A stretch of 64,000 nt of DNA from Piromyces finnis finn (Eukaryota; Fungi; Neocallimastigomycota): the NCBI GenBank assembly GCA_002104945.1, contig MCFH01000001.1, positions 682,001-746,000 on the forward strand, written 5' to 3'. Both the position numbers and the translations under genes were made by a program. Shown piece by piece: positions 1-15,143 of this stretch (position 1 is its first letter; each line of letters opens with the position of its first letter). The notes beneath the pieces were generated by a model. That model was not told the DNA's origin and searched no databases. It worked only from the letters and a program-made list of their open reading frames with translations.

Positions 1-196
1 ATTATTATTATTATTATTATTTAATAATAGCTATTATCATATTTATATATATATATATATATGCAATAAATTATAATAAATATAGAAAATATTGTAATAC
101 TATAACTTAATATTAATTTTTATTTAATAATAATAATCCTTAATTTAAATAATTAAAAATCGATTTAAAAGAATATTAACCATTATAAATATTCGC

Positions 197-230
<34 letters not shown>

Positions 231-312
231 CTTTCTTTTTTCTTTTTCTTAATTTATAATTTTACATTAAATATAATACATCCATATGCAAGGAAATATG
301 TGTTTAAGCTTT

Positions 313-1316
313 TTAATCATCACTATCATTATCATTATCATTATCATGATTATCATTATTAATGAATGGTTGTTGTTCTTGGTTAATATCTCCGTTTATA
401 TTCTAAATTTTATATGTATTATGTAATTTAAAAAAAAAAAATTAGTATATTGTATAATAATATATTATATTGTTTTTAATTATTATTAGATAAGAATATA
501 AAAATAATTTTATAGAATAACTAATATAAATTATGATATTTACATAGTTTGGTGATGATGTTTCAATACTCCAGTAATGAATACACTGCATAATAATTAA
601 AAAGTCAATAAATAATTGGAAGAAACCACAATATATAAATTGACTTGGTGAATTATTTAAAATGAAATATCCAGTCTTGAAGGAATCTCCTAAAACCCAT
701 GTTAATAATAATGTTTTACTGATAGAAGTATGTTTTCACAATTTATTTTAATATTTCATTATTTATATAATGTAGTTTTGTTGTATAATAAATTATAAAT
801 ATAATCATTTATATTTCATTAGAAATTACTAATATTTCTTTCTTATATCAATAATATGATTATTTTATAAATTATTACCTGAAACCTTTTGATGAGCGTT
901 GTTTTTTAATCTTTAAAAGTTGTGGAATTCCTAAGGTAGCTTCTATGCCTAAGGCTAATGAACCTAAAAGAGAAGGATAGGTTTCACTATTTAATAACAT
1001 AATATTGAATAAAGAAAGAACAATACAAAGCCATGAAAGAATAGTCAAATAAGCATTGAATGAAGTCCATTTCCAGAATTTTTTCCAGTATTTTTTATCA
1101 AAAACATAAAAGAAATTAAAACCATAAAAAGGATTTTCTCCGAAGAATTCATTACTATTGGAGGTATTTATGCAAATATTTAATAATAAAAGTTGCATAA
1201 TTATCATGACTATAGCTTGGAATAATAATGCTTTACTAAAATGATTTAATAACCTATAATTAATTTTTTAAGAATTTCATAAAAACATTTATTATTAATT
1301 TCCATATATAATAAAT

Positions 1317-1359
<43 letters not shown>

Positions 1360-1791
1360 CTATTATAAAAATTTATAGTATTTAAAATATATTATAATTT
1401 ATAATAAATTATTTAAAAAATCTATATTATGAAGATATAAAGAATAAGTAATTTTACCAAAAGAAGACACGAATTATATTACTAAATAATAAAATTCCAC
1501 ATATAGCTAGTGAAAAACCTTCTGAAGATTTTGTCTTTATAACAGTATAATATTGGTCAATATATCTATTGACATTAAAGATTGTATTTTTTTTTTTTTT
1601 TTTTAAATTTTAAAATTAATACAGAATAATTATATTATTACATTACTACATTACTATAGACGATTAAATTTTAAGTTTTTTTTTATAAAATAAATTTAAA
1701 TGATATTTATATTATATTATATATAAAACTTTATCAATTTATAGTACCCTATAATAGGACCAAAAACCATGCAAACATCAACAAGAAACAT
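313..1791 (-). CDS. PQ-loop repeat membrane protein (PQLC1/Any1-like), multi-exon
   Basis: Spliced reading: MFLVDVCMVFGPIIG|YIDQYYTVIKTKSSEGFSLAICGILLFSNIIRVFFW ... LGSLALGIEATLGIPQLLKIKKQRSSKGF ... TWVLGDSFKTGYF ... stop at 313-315. It has two PQ-loop-type repeats and GT-AG introns, and includes ORF 875..1207. Confidence 0.8.
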
Positions 1792-2988
1792 TCTAATTTA
1801 TATATTATATATCATATATTATTTATAAGATAATAATTATTACTTTAATTAAATAGTTTTACTTAGTTTACGTTATATTATTTATCTTAGTACCTTTTTT
1901 TTTTTTATTTCCTTCTTTTAAACTAATTTAGTGTAAATGTAATTTTGTTATATTTTTTTATATTAACTTTAATAAATACTGAAAGAAAAGTTATTATTTT
2001 ATATTTCTAACATTATTTAACAATAATTTATCAAAGCTCTTTTTTATTATATAGATTTTATCTATATATATAGTGGTATCTAGATATTAAAATATTAGTA
2101 TTTCCTTTTTATTTATATATTTAGATTTCACTTTTGTATAACTTTTTTTTTGTTATAGATTATATGCATATATTTTATAAATCTAAAACATTTATATATA
2201 GAAATTTACCATATATATATCTATAGTTTTAAATTAAAATTAATTCATTTAATTAGTAAATCTAAATGAATAAAAAAAGTGGATGATTAATTTTATTATT
2301 ATTTAAATAAATTAAAAAGAAAATTTAAACTTTTTTAATACTTTTTTTTTTTTTTTTAAATGAAGGGTTACAAGACCACTATTTTGCAATATTATAAAAC
2401 TAAAACAACAACAACAACAACAACAACTAAATCCTTAATCAGCAAATTTCTTATTAATACCATTTTTTTTTTTTTTTTAAAAAAACTTGATCTTTAAAAT
2501 TAAATTATATTTTAGAGATGTTATTCAATCTATTGAAAAACTTAAAAACAGGCTAAAAATAAAAAATCTAGAATTTAAAGCAATATATGTATATTTTAAA
2601 TATTTTAAATATTTTATTACTTTATATTTAAAAATGAAATACTTTTTTTTTTTTTTAAAATTTCATTATATAATTATTTTATATGATACTCGATATTATA
2701 TGTGTATAGAGAAAAAAAAAAGTCTAAAATTTTGCTAAAAATTGATGATTATTCTATAAATTAATATATAAAAATTTATATAAATATATATTTTTAAATA
2801 ATATATATTTATATTTATACATATTATTTAATGTTTAAACTTTTAAAATATATAGTGGTAAAAAAACTGAAATTAAATAATAGAACTATAATATAATTAA
2901 TAATAGTATGCAATAAACAACTTTTCAATTATTATTATTATTGTTATATATATATATATTTTCTGAAAAAAAGTTACTTTCATCCTTT

Positions 2989-5900
2989 TTACATTTCCAT
3001 TTCTTCATCTTCCTTAGTTTCCAAATATTCACCATCAACATTTTCATCATTATAAATTTGAGTGTTCCATTTAGGGAATATTCTCTTATATAAGTTCATA
3101 CAAACAGTATCTTGTTGGTTAATTAATCCATCGAATATACATTTCATGTAACCATGTGTACCTTTATTTAAAAATAGGAAAATTTAAATGATTAGTATTA
3201 ATAATTTTTTTTTTTAATCATAAAGTAATAATAAGAAAATTACCAATGGATTCACGAATGTGACCAACATGACCATATTTAGTAGTAAGTTGAATTGGCT
3301 TGAACCAGTTAATATCATCTGGATTGAAGAACATGTAACGAATAACAGCAGATTTTCTGTGAATCTTGAATGGATAACCGGTAAGAACAATCTTTTTAGC
3401 AACAATTCTGTTGGTATCCATATTTAATAATGAACCTGTTGCAATTAAAGTTGGGAATTCTTCTATATAATTTAGGAATTGCAATATTTAATGTAAATAG
3501 GTTAAAAAAATTATAGAATATATTATATTTTAAGCAATGATAAATTATAATTTTTTATATTTACCAATATTTTCATTTTCATTGTATTTAAACATTAATA
3601 CTGGAGCTGGTCCATAGGTAATTGGGGCATATGCAGTAGCAATAGTAGATCTACCTGGTTGAAGGAATCTTTCAGCCTTATGAACATTATTTGTACCACC
3701 ACGTGTATTTGAGGAATAAATTGGTCTCATAACGAATTTTCTAAAACCACAGTGAACAACTACTGGGTCCTTAGCCTTAACGACTTCTTCACAATCAGCA
3801 TGTTTAGTAACAACATAGTTAACAACACACATTTTTTGTTCATGTGGTAATAAACTGAAGACAATGAATGGCTTCTTTGGATTGTAGTTGTCTACAACAA
3901 AACAAATGACAAAAATAATTATTAATCATAATTATTTTTAATTAATAGATTATTTTTTAAAATGTCTATTACTATTAAAAATAATTTATATTAAATAAAA
4001 ATTTTTATTATAAATACCATAAAGTGATTTTGGTACATTATTAATGTAAATGGAGATTCTTCTACCTGGTTGGACGTAGAATTTATCTTCATCTTCATCA
4101 CTAATGTTATTCATGGCCTTGAAAATTCTGGCCTTAGTTCTTTTAAAGTTTTCAAATTGGAATATTCTTGAATAATCAACTGGAAGATTTTCATATGGAT
4201 CCCATGGAGAAGTACGGAAACTACGTAAACCTCTGTATTTTTGGAATCTTTCTCTAGCTGGTACATCTAATGGTGTATCAATTTCATCTGGGAATTCAAG
4301 GTCCATATTAGCTTGATTCTTCTTTTCAACAAATTCCTTATAACTATTTTATTAATATTTATGTTACGAATTACTTTTTAATTTATATCCTAAAATTATT
4401 ATTATTAATCTCTAATGTAAAAATATGTTACTTACGCTCTTTCTTCTTCTTCTTCATCAATTTGAGCATCGAATAAATCATCTTTATTTGGAAGTTCAAG
4501 TTCTTCAAATTCTTCGTCATTTTCGTTAAATTCTGGTTCTATTTCTTCATTAGTGTTCATAGTGCTTTGCCATTCACTAATTCTGTTGTTAATAGAATCT
4601 TGATTGATTTCCATATTAATATCATTATCACTATAGTCGTCATCACTACCTTCTTCATCTTCGGAATCAACAATCCAGGCAGCTTGATAAGTGGAAGTAC
4701 CTTTTGGAACCTTTCTAATATCTTTAGCACCAGTTATAACGGACTTTGGTATTGATACACCGTTCATACCATCTTCCATATTTCTTACTCTTTCTTCAGC
4801 TTCCATTAATTCTTCTTCGGTAGGCCAAGTTTGTTCACCTTCAAATGGATCTGGTTCATTTTCAGAAATTAAATTTTCTTGAATATTTGGATCTGGGAAA
4901 AGGGTTCTTTTGAATGCATTTTCATCTACGGACATACCATTTTTATTGCTATGATCATGTCTAATATCTTCTTCAATTTTTTTAATTTGGAAATTACCAT
5001 AATTATTTAAATAAACTAAACTGTTTACTGAAAGTTGTTGACCTCTAAGATTACCAGTTACCTTTAAAACACCTTCATTACTATCATATTCGATATTATC
5101 ACTTAATAAATATGAGTATTTTTCTCTCCATACTAATTGCTTTGGTGTTTGCATTGTAACTTGTCTTAATAATGTTAAACAATCCTATTATTAATATAGT
5201 TATTTTATATGAAATAATTTAATTATTAATAACAAATTTAAACACAAATAAAACTATTAATATATATTATTTATATATATTACATTTTTTTCAGAAGCGG
5301 AGAATATTTTTTGTTCTCCTGGGAAATGATATTCCATATAATTAGTTAAAGCTTTTTTAATTTCTGATTTCTTTTTTTGTTGAATCTTTTCTAAATGCTA
5401 TTTTTTATAAATAAAAATATTTTTAATTTTAAAATTACTTTTATTTTTACTAAATATTTATTAAATAATTTTATTTTTTGTTGAAAATTTTGATAAATTT
5501 TTACTTGTACAACGGTTAAAACAGTAGGAACACCTTGAGATTTAATGGTTAATAAAACAAGTTCTCCAAATCTATCAACTTCTTCTTCAGCTGATACTAA
5601 GAACATAACATAATCAGCAACTTTAATTGAATCAAGAATTTCATTGACATTTCTTCTACATTGAATAAATTGTACTTTTTGTTTAAAACGTTCGACCCTT
5701 TTAAGTTGAAATTATAAAAATTTGTATATATAAGTTAGTTAAACCTAATTATTAATAGGTCAACTAAATTTATAAAATAAAAAAATAAATTTCGAATAAA
5801 TATACTTTAAAGTAATTGGTCTTCCGTCGTTGTCAACTGGATATTCTTTTTCAACAGCTTCATAAAACTTTTTTGTAACATCAATTGAATTGACATCAGT

Positions 5901-6412
5901 ACATAATGGAACAACAGCCTAATAAATTATAAATAATGTATTAATGTATAATTTTAAATTCAGTATTTCGATATATATATTTCTATAATTGGATTTTTTT
6001 ATAATTTTATTTTAATATTTACAATTATTTTTGGGGTACCGTTAGTTCCACTAAATAATCTATTAATGTTAATAATTTCTTGTCTTTTCTTATTTTGAGC
6101 AATTTTTGCTGCGTTTCTTCTATCAGCTTTAGAAATTTCATTTCTTTTTGCAGAATATTGAATAGATCTATTAACTTTACCTAATAGAATTATAGTTTTC
6201 ATTAAACATTAATATATTTATATAAATATAAATATATATTTGTAAAAAAATATTAATAATTCATTGTATGAACATATTATGAACATATTAAAAATTAAAA
6301 TTATTTTTTAACCTTTATTTTTAATTTTTAATTCCCCCTTTGAAGTAAATTTTGATTTGAAGGGTTTATTAGTTTGCTTCAAAGAAGAACGATGGTGAAA
6401 TGAATCTGACAT
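2989..6412 (-). CDS. TSR1: 40S pre-rRNA processing factor TSR1 (BMS1/TSR1 family), multi-exon
   Basis: N-terminus [21 protein letters not shown]. Conserved blocks [72 protein letters not shown] and [13 protein letters not shown]-terminus [10 protein letters not shown]. Confidence 0.93.
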
Positions 6413-7519
6413 TTTGAGTTGTTTTAAAACCCTAATATGCTTGTTTAAATTTATTCAACAATAATTTAATTAACAATGGGTTTTAGTTTATTAAAAAAAA
6501 AAAAAAAAACGGTTTAATAAAGAATTAAAAAAAAAAAAAATTTAAAAATTCTTTTAATTCGATTGGCTAAAAATAGAAAACTATATATTATAATAAAATC
6601 AAATATATTTATTTTTTTTTGGTTATACTATTAATTAATTTTAATAATAATGAAAATATTCAAAAAATTGTTTTTTCATATTTGAATTAAAATTATTAAA
6701 ATCTTTTTAATATTTTTATAAATACATTATGTAATAAATTTATTAATAGTATTCTTGTATCAATAGTCTATTTATTAAAGATTTTAACCAATCATAAATA
6801 AATATAATAATTTACTTATATAAAATTATTAAAATAATTAATAACATCAATAAAAGGTTGTAAAAACTAGATGATAAAACTGTTATATACGAAATATTAG
6901 TAAAATGATAAAACATTAAGCCTTAACTTTAGGTATAAAATGTAAATGTTTTTAAAATAAAATATTTTAAATAGTTAATTTTAATAATGAATCTACTAAT
7001 AATTTTCATTATAGATTTAAGTTTTTAATTGTTGGAAAATTATATATATATATTTTAATTAATAAAATTATTGATAGAAGTAATATATTATTATAATATA
7101 TTATATTGTATTAAATTTTATATTGAATTTGAAATTTTTATTTGGTGTATAATAATTTCATTTTTTTTTTTAATATTTTTTTTTTCAAGCAATTAAATAT
7201 ATAGAAAAAAAGAAGTAAAAGAAAAAGAAATCAAAAATTGCATTTTAATATTTGATTAAAATTGCAATAATTTATTATAATATATTGAAAGTTATATATA
7301 TTTTTGTTTTCTTTCTTTCTTTTTTTTATATTATTTTATTATTTATTTTTTCTAATATATAAATTATTTTCTAAGAAATTCATCAGCATAAATTACAATT
7401 ATCAAATTAATGTTTCCTTAATTTAATCTACAATTATAATATTCATTAGTAAAAATAAAAGAAATATAAATTTATATCTTTAGCATTATATAAACATTTT
7501 TAATATAATAAATTAAACA

Positions 7520-10500
7520 ATGTCTTCAGTACCTCCTCCAACAGGAGGATATCCAAATGGATTTATACCACATCCCCAAAATCCATCATTGGGTCAACGT
7601 CCATATTATCCACCTCAAAATCAAGCAAAATCACAAAGTCTTGATTTACCAGATGATAAATTAAAGGAAAAAAGTATGAAATGGCAACAAATGAATTCAA
7701 AACGTTATGGAGAAAAAAGAAAGTTTGGTTTTGTTGAACAACAAAAGGAAAATATGCCACAAGAACATTTAAGAAAAATTATAAAAGATCATGGTGATAT
7801 GTCAAGTAAAAAATATAGACATGATAAGAGAATTTATTTAGGTGCATTAAAATATATACCACATGCTGTTTTAAAGTTATTAGAAAATATGCCAATGCCA
7901 TGGGAACAAGTAATTAAATTATAATATTTCATATATTTCTATAAAATTTTAATTTAGTTTTATTTTGTATATAAAATTGATTAAATATATAAAAGAAAAT
8001 TATTTGATTGATAGAATTAATTAAATTATTAAATATTTTTATCAAAACTTATTTAAAATAAACCCTTTTATTTAAAAGGTTCGAGAAGTCCCAGTTTTAT
8101 ACCATATTACTGGTGCTATTACATTTGTAAATGAAATTCCTTGGGTTGTTGAACCAATTTATTTAGCTCAATGGGGTACAATGTGGATTATGATGCGTCG
8201 TGAAAAACGTGATCGTAGACATTTTAAAAGAATGAGATTTCCACCTTTTGGTAATTATATTTATTCATTTATAATTTATTTTATTAATAATGTCTTAACA
8301 TTTGAATTTTAACAAATAAAAAAAAAAAAAAAAATTAAATGTATTAATTTAATGTTTTTTTAAATTGAATAAATTATTTCCATTAAACAGATGATGAAGA
8401 ACCACCACTTGATTATGGTGATAATATTTTAGATGTAGAACCATTAGAAGCAATTCAAATGGAATTAGATGAAGAAGAAGATGCTGCAGTATATGATTGG
8501 TTTTATGATCATAAACCTTTAGTAGATACAAAGTTTATATGTGGATCTTCATATAAAAAATGGAATCTTGATTTACCAATTATGTCAACTTTATATAGAC
8601 TTGCACATCAATTATTATCAGATTTCACAGATAAAAATTATTTTTATTTATTTGATCTCAATTCCTTCATTACAGCAAAATCATTAAATCTTGCAATTCC
8701 AGGAGGTCCAAAATTTGAACCATTATATCGTGATATTGATCCAGTAGATGAAGATTGGAATGAATTTAATGATATTAATAAAATTATTATTCGTCAACAA
8801 ATTAGAACAGAATATAAAATTGCATTCCCATTCTTATATAATTCATTACCTCGTTCAGTAAAAGTCTCATGGTATCATTATCCAATATGTGTATATATAA
8901 GAGCTGAAGACCCAGATCTTCCAGCATTTTATTTTGATCCAATTATTAATCCAATTTCATCAAGAACCATTGAAACTCATGTAAAAATATCCCATGAAGA
9001 TGAAGTATTTGGAGATGATGATGAAGATGATGATGATTTTGAATTACCAGAAGATACTAAACCATTCTTAAGTGATACCCCATTATATACTGATAATACT
9101 GCTAGTGGTATTGAATTATACTGGGCTCCAAGACCATTTGATAAACGTAGTGGTCGTTCAAGACGTGCTGTTGATGTTCCATTAGTTAAAAATTGGTATT
9201 TAGAACATTGTCCTTCAGGATATCCAGTTAAAATTAGAGTTTCATATCAAAAATTATTAAAGTATTATATTTTAAATTCATTAAAGCATCGTCCACCAAA
9301 GGCTTTAAACAAAAAATATTTATTTAGACAATTAGCTGCTACTAAGTTCTTCCAAAAGACTGAACTTGATTGGGTTGAAGTTGGTCTTCAAGTTTGTCGT
9401 CAAGGTTATAATATGCTTAATTTATTAATTCATCGTAAGAATTTAAATTATCTCCATCTTGATTATAACTTTAATTTAAAACCAGTCAAAACATTAACAA
9501 CAAAGGAAAGAAAGAAGTCACGTTTTGGTAATGCATTCCATCTTTGTCGTGAAATTCTTCGTTTAACTAAGTTAGTCGTTGATTCACATGTTCAATATCG
9601 TTTAGGTAATGTTGATGCTTTCCAATTAGCTGATGGTTTACAATACATCTTCTCACATGTAGGTCAATTAACTGGTATGTATCGTTATAAATACAAATTA
9701 ATGCGTCAAATTCGTATGTGTAAGGATCTTAAGCATTTAATGTAAGTATTTCTAATTAAAATTTTTAATTACATAGCTAGTAAAAAACTAATAAAAGTTA
9801 TTAATATTTAATTTAATTTATAATTTTAAATTAATTATTTTCATATAATGATTTTTAAATAATAATATAAATTATTTAATACAAATCAATTATCAATAAT
9901 AAATATAAATATGTGTCAAATAAATTAAAAATAGTTACTACCGTTTTAATAGTGGTCCAGTTGGTAAGGGTCCAGGTTGTGGTTTCTGGGCTCCAGGATG
10001 GAGAGTATGGTTATTCTTTATGCGTGGTATTGTACCATTATTAGAAAGATGGTTAGGTAATTTATTAGCTCGTCACTTTGAAGGTCGTCAATCAAAAGGT
10101 ATTGCTAAAACTGTTACTAAACAACGTGTTGAATCTCACTATGATCTTGAATTACGTGCTGCTGTTATGCATGATATTTTAGATATGATGCCAGAAGGTA
10201 TTAAGGCTAATAAATCTAGAACTATTTTACAACATTTAAGTGAAGCATGGCGTTGTTGGAAAGCTAATATTCCATGGAAGGTACCAGGTTTACCAACTCC
10301 AATTGAAAATATGATCTTACGTTATGTTAAGTCAAAGGCTGATTGGTGGACCAGTGTTTCTCACTATAATAGAGAACGTATTCGTAGAGGTGCTACTGTT
10401 GATAAAACCGTTTGTAAAAAGAATTTAGGTAGATTAACTCGTCTTTGGTTAAAGGCTGAACAAGAAAGACAACACAACTATTTAAAGGATGGTCCATACA

Positions 10501-13500
10501 TTACTGCTGAAGAAGCTGTTGCTATTTACACTAGTACTGTTCATTGGTTAGAAAGTAGAAGATTTTCTCCAATTCCATTCCCACCACTCTCTTACAAACA
10601 TGATACCAAATTATTAACATTAGCTTTAGAAAGATTGAAGGAAGCTTATAGTGTAAAGGGAAGATTAAACCAAAGTCAAAGAGAAGAACTTGGTTTAATT
10701 GAACAAGCTTATGATAACCCACACGATTGTCTTTCACGTATTAAAAGATTATTATTAACACAACGTGCTTTCAAGGAAGTTGGTATTGAATTTATGGATT
10801 TATATAGTCATTTGATCCCAGTATATAGTATTGAACCATTAGAAAAAATTACTGATGCTTATTTAGATCAATATTTATGGTATGAAGCAGATAAACGTCA
10901 TCTCTTCCCAGCATGGATTAAACCAAGTGACTCTGAACCACCACCACTTCTTGTTTATAAATGGTGTCAAGGTATCAATAATTTAGTTGATGTATGGGAA
11001 ACTGGAGATGGTGAATGTAATGTAATGTTAGAAACACAACTTAGTAGAGTATACGAAAAGATTGATTTGACATTGTTGAATAGATTATTAAGATTAATTT
11101 TGGATCACAATATTGCTGATTATATGACTGCTAAGAATAACATTGTATTAAATTATAAGGATATGAATCATGTAAATGCCTATGGTCTTATTAGAGGTTT
11201 ACAATTTGCTAGTTTCATTTTCCAATATTATGGTCTTGTATTAGATCTTCTTATTCTTGGTCTTAAGAGAGCTAGTGAAATGGCTGGTCCACCACAACTT
11301 CCAAATGATTTCTTACAATACAAAGATATTAAAACTGAAACTCGTCATCCAATAAGATTATATTCAAGATATATCGATAAAGTACACATTATGTTTAGAT
11401 TTACTGAAGAAGAAGCTCGTGATTTAATTCAAAGATATTTAACTGAACATCCAGATCCAAATAATGAAAATATTGTTGGTTATCCATCTAAGAAATGCTG
11501 GCCACGTGATTGCCGTATGCGTTTAATGAAGCATGATGTTAATTTAGGTAGAGCTGTATTCTGGGATATTAAAAACCGTCTTCCAAGAAGTCTTACCACT
11601 ATTGAATGGGATGAAAGTTTCGTTAGTGTTTACAGTAAAGATAATCCAAATTTATTATTCTCTATGTGTGGTTTTGAAGTTAGAATTTTACCAAAGATTC
11701 GTAGTATTCATGAAGAATTTACATTAAATGAAGGTGTATGGAATTTAATTAATGAACAAACTAAAGAAAGAACAGCTCAAGCTTTCCTTAGAGTTGATGA
11801 TGCTAGTATGCAAGTATTCCATAACAGAATTCGTCAAATTCTTATGGCATCTGGTAGTACCACTTTCACAAAGATTGTTAATAAATGGAATACTGCTTTA
11901 ATTGGATTAATGACTTATTATCGTGAAGCTGCAGTTCATACTCGTGAACTTTTAGATTTACTTGTTAAATGTGAAAATAAGATTCAAACTCGTATTAAGA
12001 TTGGTTTGAACTCTAAGATGCCAAGTAGATTCCCTCCAGTTGTTTTCTATACACCAAAAGAATTGGGTGGTTTAGGTATGTTAAGTATGGGTCATGTATT
12101 AATTCCACAAAGTGATTTAAGATGGAGTAAACAAACAGAAACTGGTATTACTCACTTTAGAAGTGGTATGTCTCATGAAGAAGATCAAGTTATTCCAAAT
12201 CTTTATAGATACATTCAACCATGGGAATCTGAATTTATTGATTCACAACGTGTTTGGGCAGAATATGCATTAAAAAGACAAGAAGCTAATGCACAAAATA
12301 GAAGATTAACCTTAGAAGATCTTGAAGATAGTTGGGATAGAGGTATTCCAAGAATTAATACTCTTTTCCAAAAAGATAGACATACTCTTGCTTATGATAA
12401 GGGATGGCGTGTACGTACAGATTTCAAGCAATATCAAGTTTTGAAGAATAATCCATTCTGGTGGACTCATACTAGACATGATGGTAAATTATGGAATTTA
12501 AATAATTATCGTACTGATATGATTCAAGCTTTAGGTGGTGTTGAAGGTATTTTAGAACATACATTATTTAAGGGAACATACTTCCCAACATGGGAAGGTT
12601 TATTCTGGGAAAAGGCTTCTGGTTTCGAAGAAAGTATGAAATATAAAAAGTTAACTAATGCTCAACGTTCTGGTCTTAATCAAATTCCAAATCGTCGTTT
12701 CACTCTTTGGTGGTCACCAACAATCAATAGAGCTAACGTTTATGTAGGTTTCAGAGTACAATTAGATTTAACTGGTATTTATATGAATGGTAAGATCCCA
12801 ACTTTAAAGATTTCATTAATTCAAATTTTCAGAGCTCACTTGTGGCAAAAGATTCACGAAAGTATAGTTATGGATTTGTGTCAAGTATTTGATCAAGAAT
12901 TAGAAGCTCTTGAAATTGAAACTGTACAAAAGGAAACTATCCATCCACGTAAATCATATAAAATGAATTCTTCATGTGCTGATATTTTATTATTTGCTGC
13001 TTATAAATGGAATGTTAGTAAGCCAAGTTTATTAAACGATACTAAGGATTCATTTGATGGTGCTACTACTCAAAAATTCTGGATTGATGTTCAATTACGT
13101 TGGGGTGACTTTGATTCTCACGATATTGAACGTTATGTTCGTGCTAAATATTTAGAATACACTACTGATAATATGAGTATTTATCCATCTCCAACAGGTA
13201 CTATGATTGGTATTGATTTAGCTTATAATTTACATAGTGCATATGGTAATTGGTTCGCTGGTATGAAGCCATTGATACAACAAGCAATGGCTAAAATTAT
13301 TAAGGCTAACCCTGCTTTGTATGTATTAAGAGAACGTGTTAGAAAAGGTCTTCAACTTTATTCTTCAGAACCAACTGAACCTTATCTTTCATCCAGTAAC
13401 TATCTTGAACTTTTCAGTAATCAAATTATTTGGTTCGTTGATGATACAAATGTATATCGTGTTACAATTCACAAGACTTTCGAAGGTAACTTAACTACTA

Positions 13501-15143
13501 AACCAATTAATGGTGCTATTTTCATTTTCAATCCAAGAACTGGTCAATTATTCCTTAAGATTATTCATACTAGTGTATGGGCAGGTCAAAAGCGTTTAGG
13601 TCAACTTGCCAAATGGAAGACAGCTGAAGAAGTTGCAGCTCTTATTCGTTCTTTACCAGTTGAAGAACAACCAAAACAAATTATTGTTACTCGTAAGGGT
13701 ATGTTAGATCCACTTGAAGTTCACTTACTCGATTTCCCTAACATTGTTATTAAGGGTAGTGAATTACAACTTCCATTCCAAGCTTGCTTAAAGATTGAAA
13801 AGTTTGGTGATTTAATCTTAAAGGCTATTGAACCACAAATGGTACTCTTTAACTTGTATGATGATTGGTTAAAGACTGTTAGTAGTCATACAGCTTTCTC
13901 TCGTTTAATTATGATTCTTCGTTCACTTCATATTAATAATGAAAAGACCAAAATTATTTTAAGACCAGATAAGAATACTGTCACAGAACCACACCACATT
14001 TGGCCAACTCTTACTGATGATGAATGGATTACACTTGAAAATAAACTTAAAGATCTTATTCTTGGTGATTATGGTAAGAAGAATAATGTAAATGTTGCCA
14101 GTTTGACTGCTCCAGAAATTCGTGATATTATTTTAGGTATGGAAATTTCAGCCCCAAGTTTACAAAGACAACAAATTGTTGAAATCGATAAGCAAAACAA
14201 AGAACAAAGTCAACTTACTGCTGTCACCACTAAGACTCAAAATATTCATGGTGATGAAATGATTGTTACTACTACATCTAATTATGAATCACAAACCTTC
14301 TCATCTAAGACTGAATGGAGAGTTCGTGCTATTTCCAGTACTAATTTACATCTTAGAACTAACCACATTTATGTTGATTCTGATGATATTAAAGAAACAG
14401 GTTACACTTATATTTTACCAAAGAATATATTGAAGAAGTTTATTTGCATTAGTGATTTAAGAACTCAAATTGCTGGTTATCTTTATGGTGTCAGTCCACC
14501 AGACAATGCTCAAGTTAAGGAAATTAGATGTATTGTTTTAGTTCCACAATGGGGTACTCATCAACAAGTTCATTTACCATCTCAAATACCTGAACATGAA
14601 TATTTAAGAAACTTGGAGCCATTAGGTTGGATTCATACTCAGCCAGCACTTTTACCACAACTTAGTCCAATTGATGTATCCATTCATTCTAAGATTATGG
14701 CTGAAAACAAATCATGGAATGGTGAAAAGACTGTTATTATTACTTGTAGTTTCACTCCAGGTTCATGTTCATTAACTGCTTATAAGGTTACTCCAGCTGG
14801 TTATGAATGGGGACGTAATAATAAGGATAATACAGCAAACCCAGCTGGATACTTACCATCACACTATGAAAAGGTACAAATGTTATTAAGTGATCGTTTC
14901 CTTGGTTTCTTCATGGTACCAGAACCAGATGGTATTTGGAATTATCACTTTATGGGTGCTAAACATAGAACTGAAATGAAATATACATTACAACTTGATA
15001 CACCAAAGAGCTTCTTTGATGAATGCCATCGTCCAAGTCACTTCTTAAACTTTTCTGGATTAGAAAGTGATGGCTTTACAAATGTTGGATCTGGTGTTGC
15101 TGAAATGAATCAAGAAGTTGATATTGAAGATGAATTTGCTTAA
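7520..15143 (+). CDS. PRP8: U5 snRNP core splicing factor Prp8, 4 exons (7520-7909, 8079-8250, 8391-9741, 9935-15143), ~2373 aa
   Basis: Contains the PRO8NT/PROCN, RT-like, U5/U6-binding, RNaseH-like and Jab1/MPN sequences of Prp8 (e.g. [45 protein letters not shown]). The four exons sum to 7122 nt in frame. Confidence 0.98.

Noticed and set aside
2487-2738. Short AT-rich ORFs (also 40136..40330, 59400..59615, 60403..60609)
   Set aside because: Phe/Lys/Ile composition comes from homopolymer tracts, and they contain no motifs.
12595-12640. PRP8 intein insertion site
   Set aside because: The classic fungal site reads [13 protein letters not shown] with no insertion, and the spliced protein (~2373 aa) is normal length. 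This is an intein-free allele.
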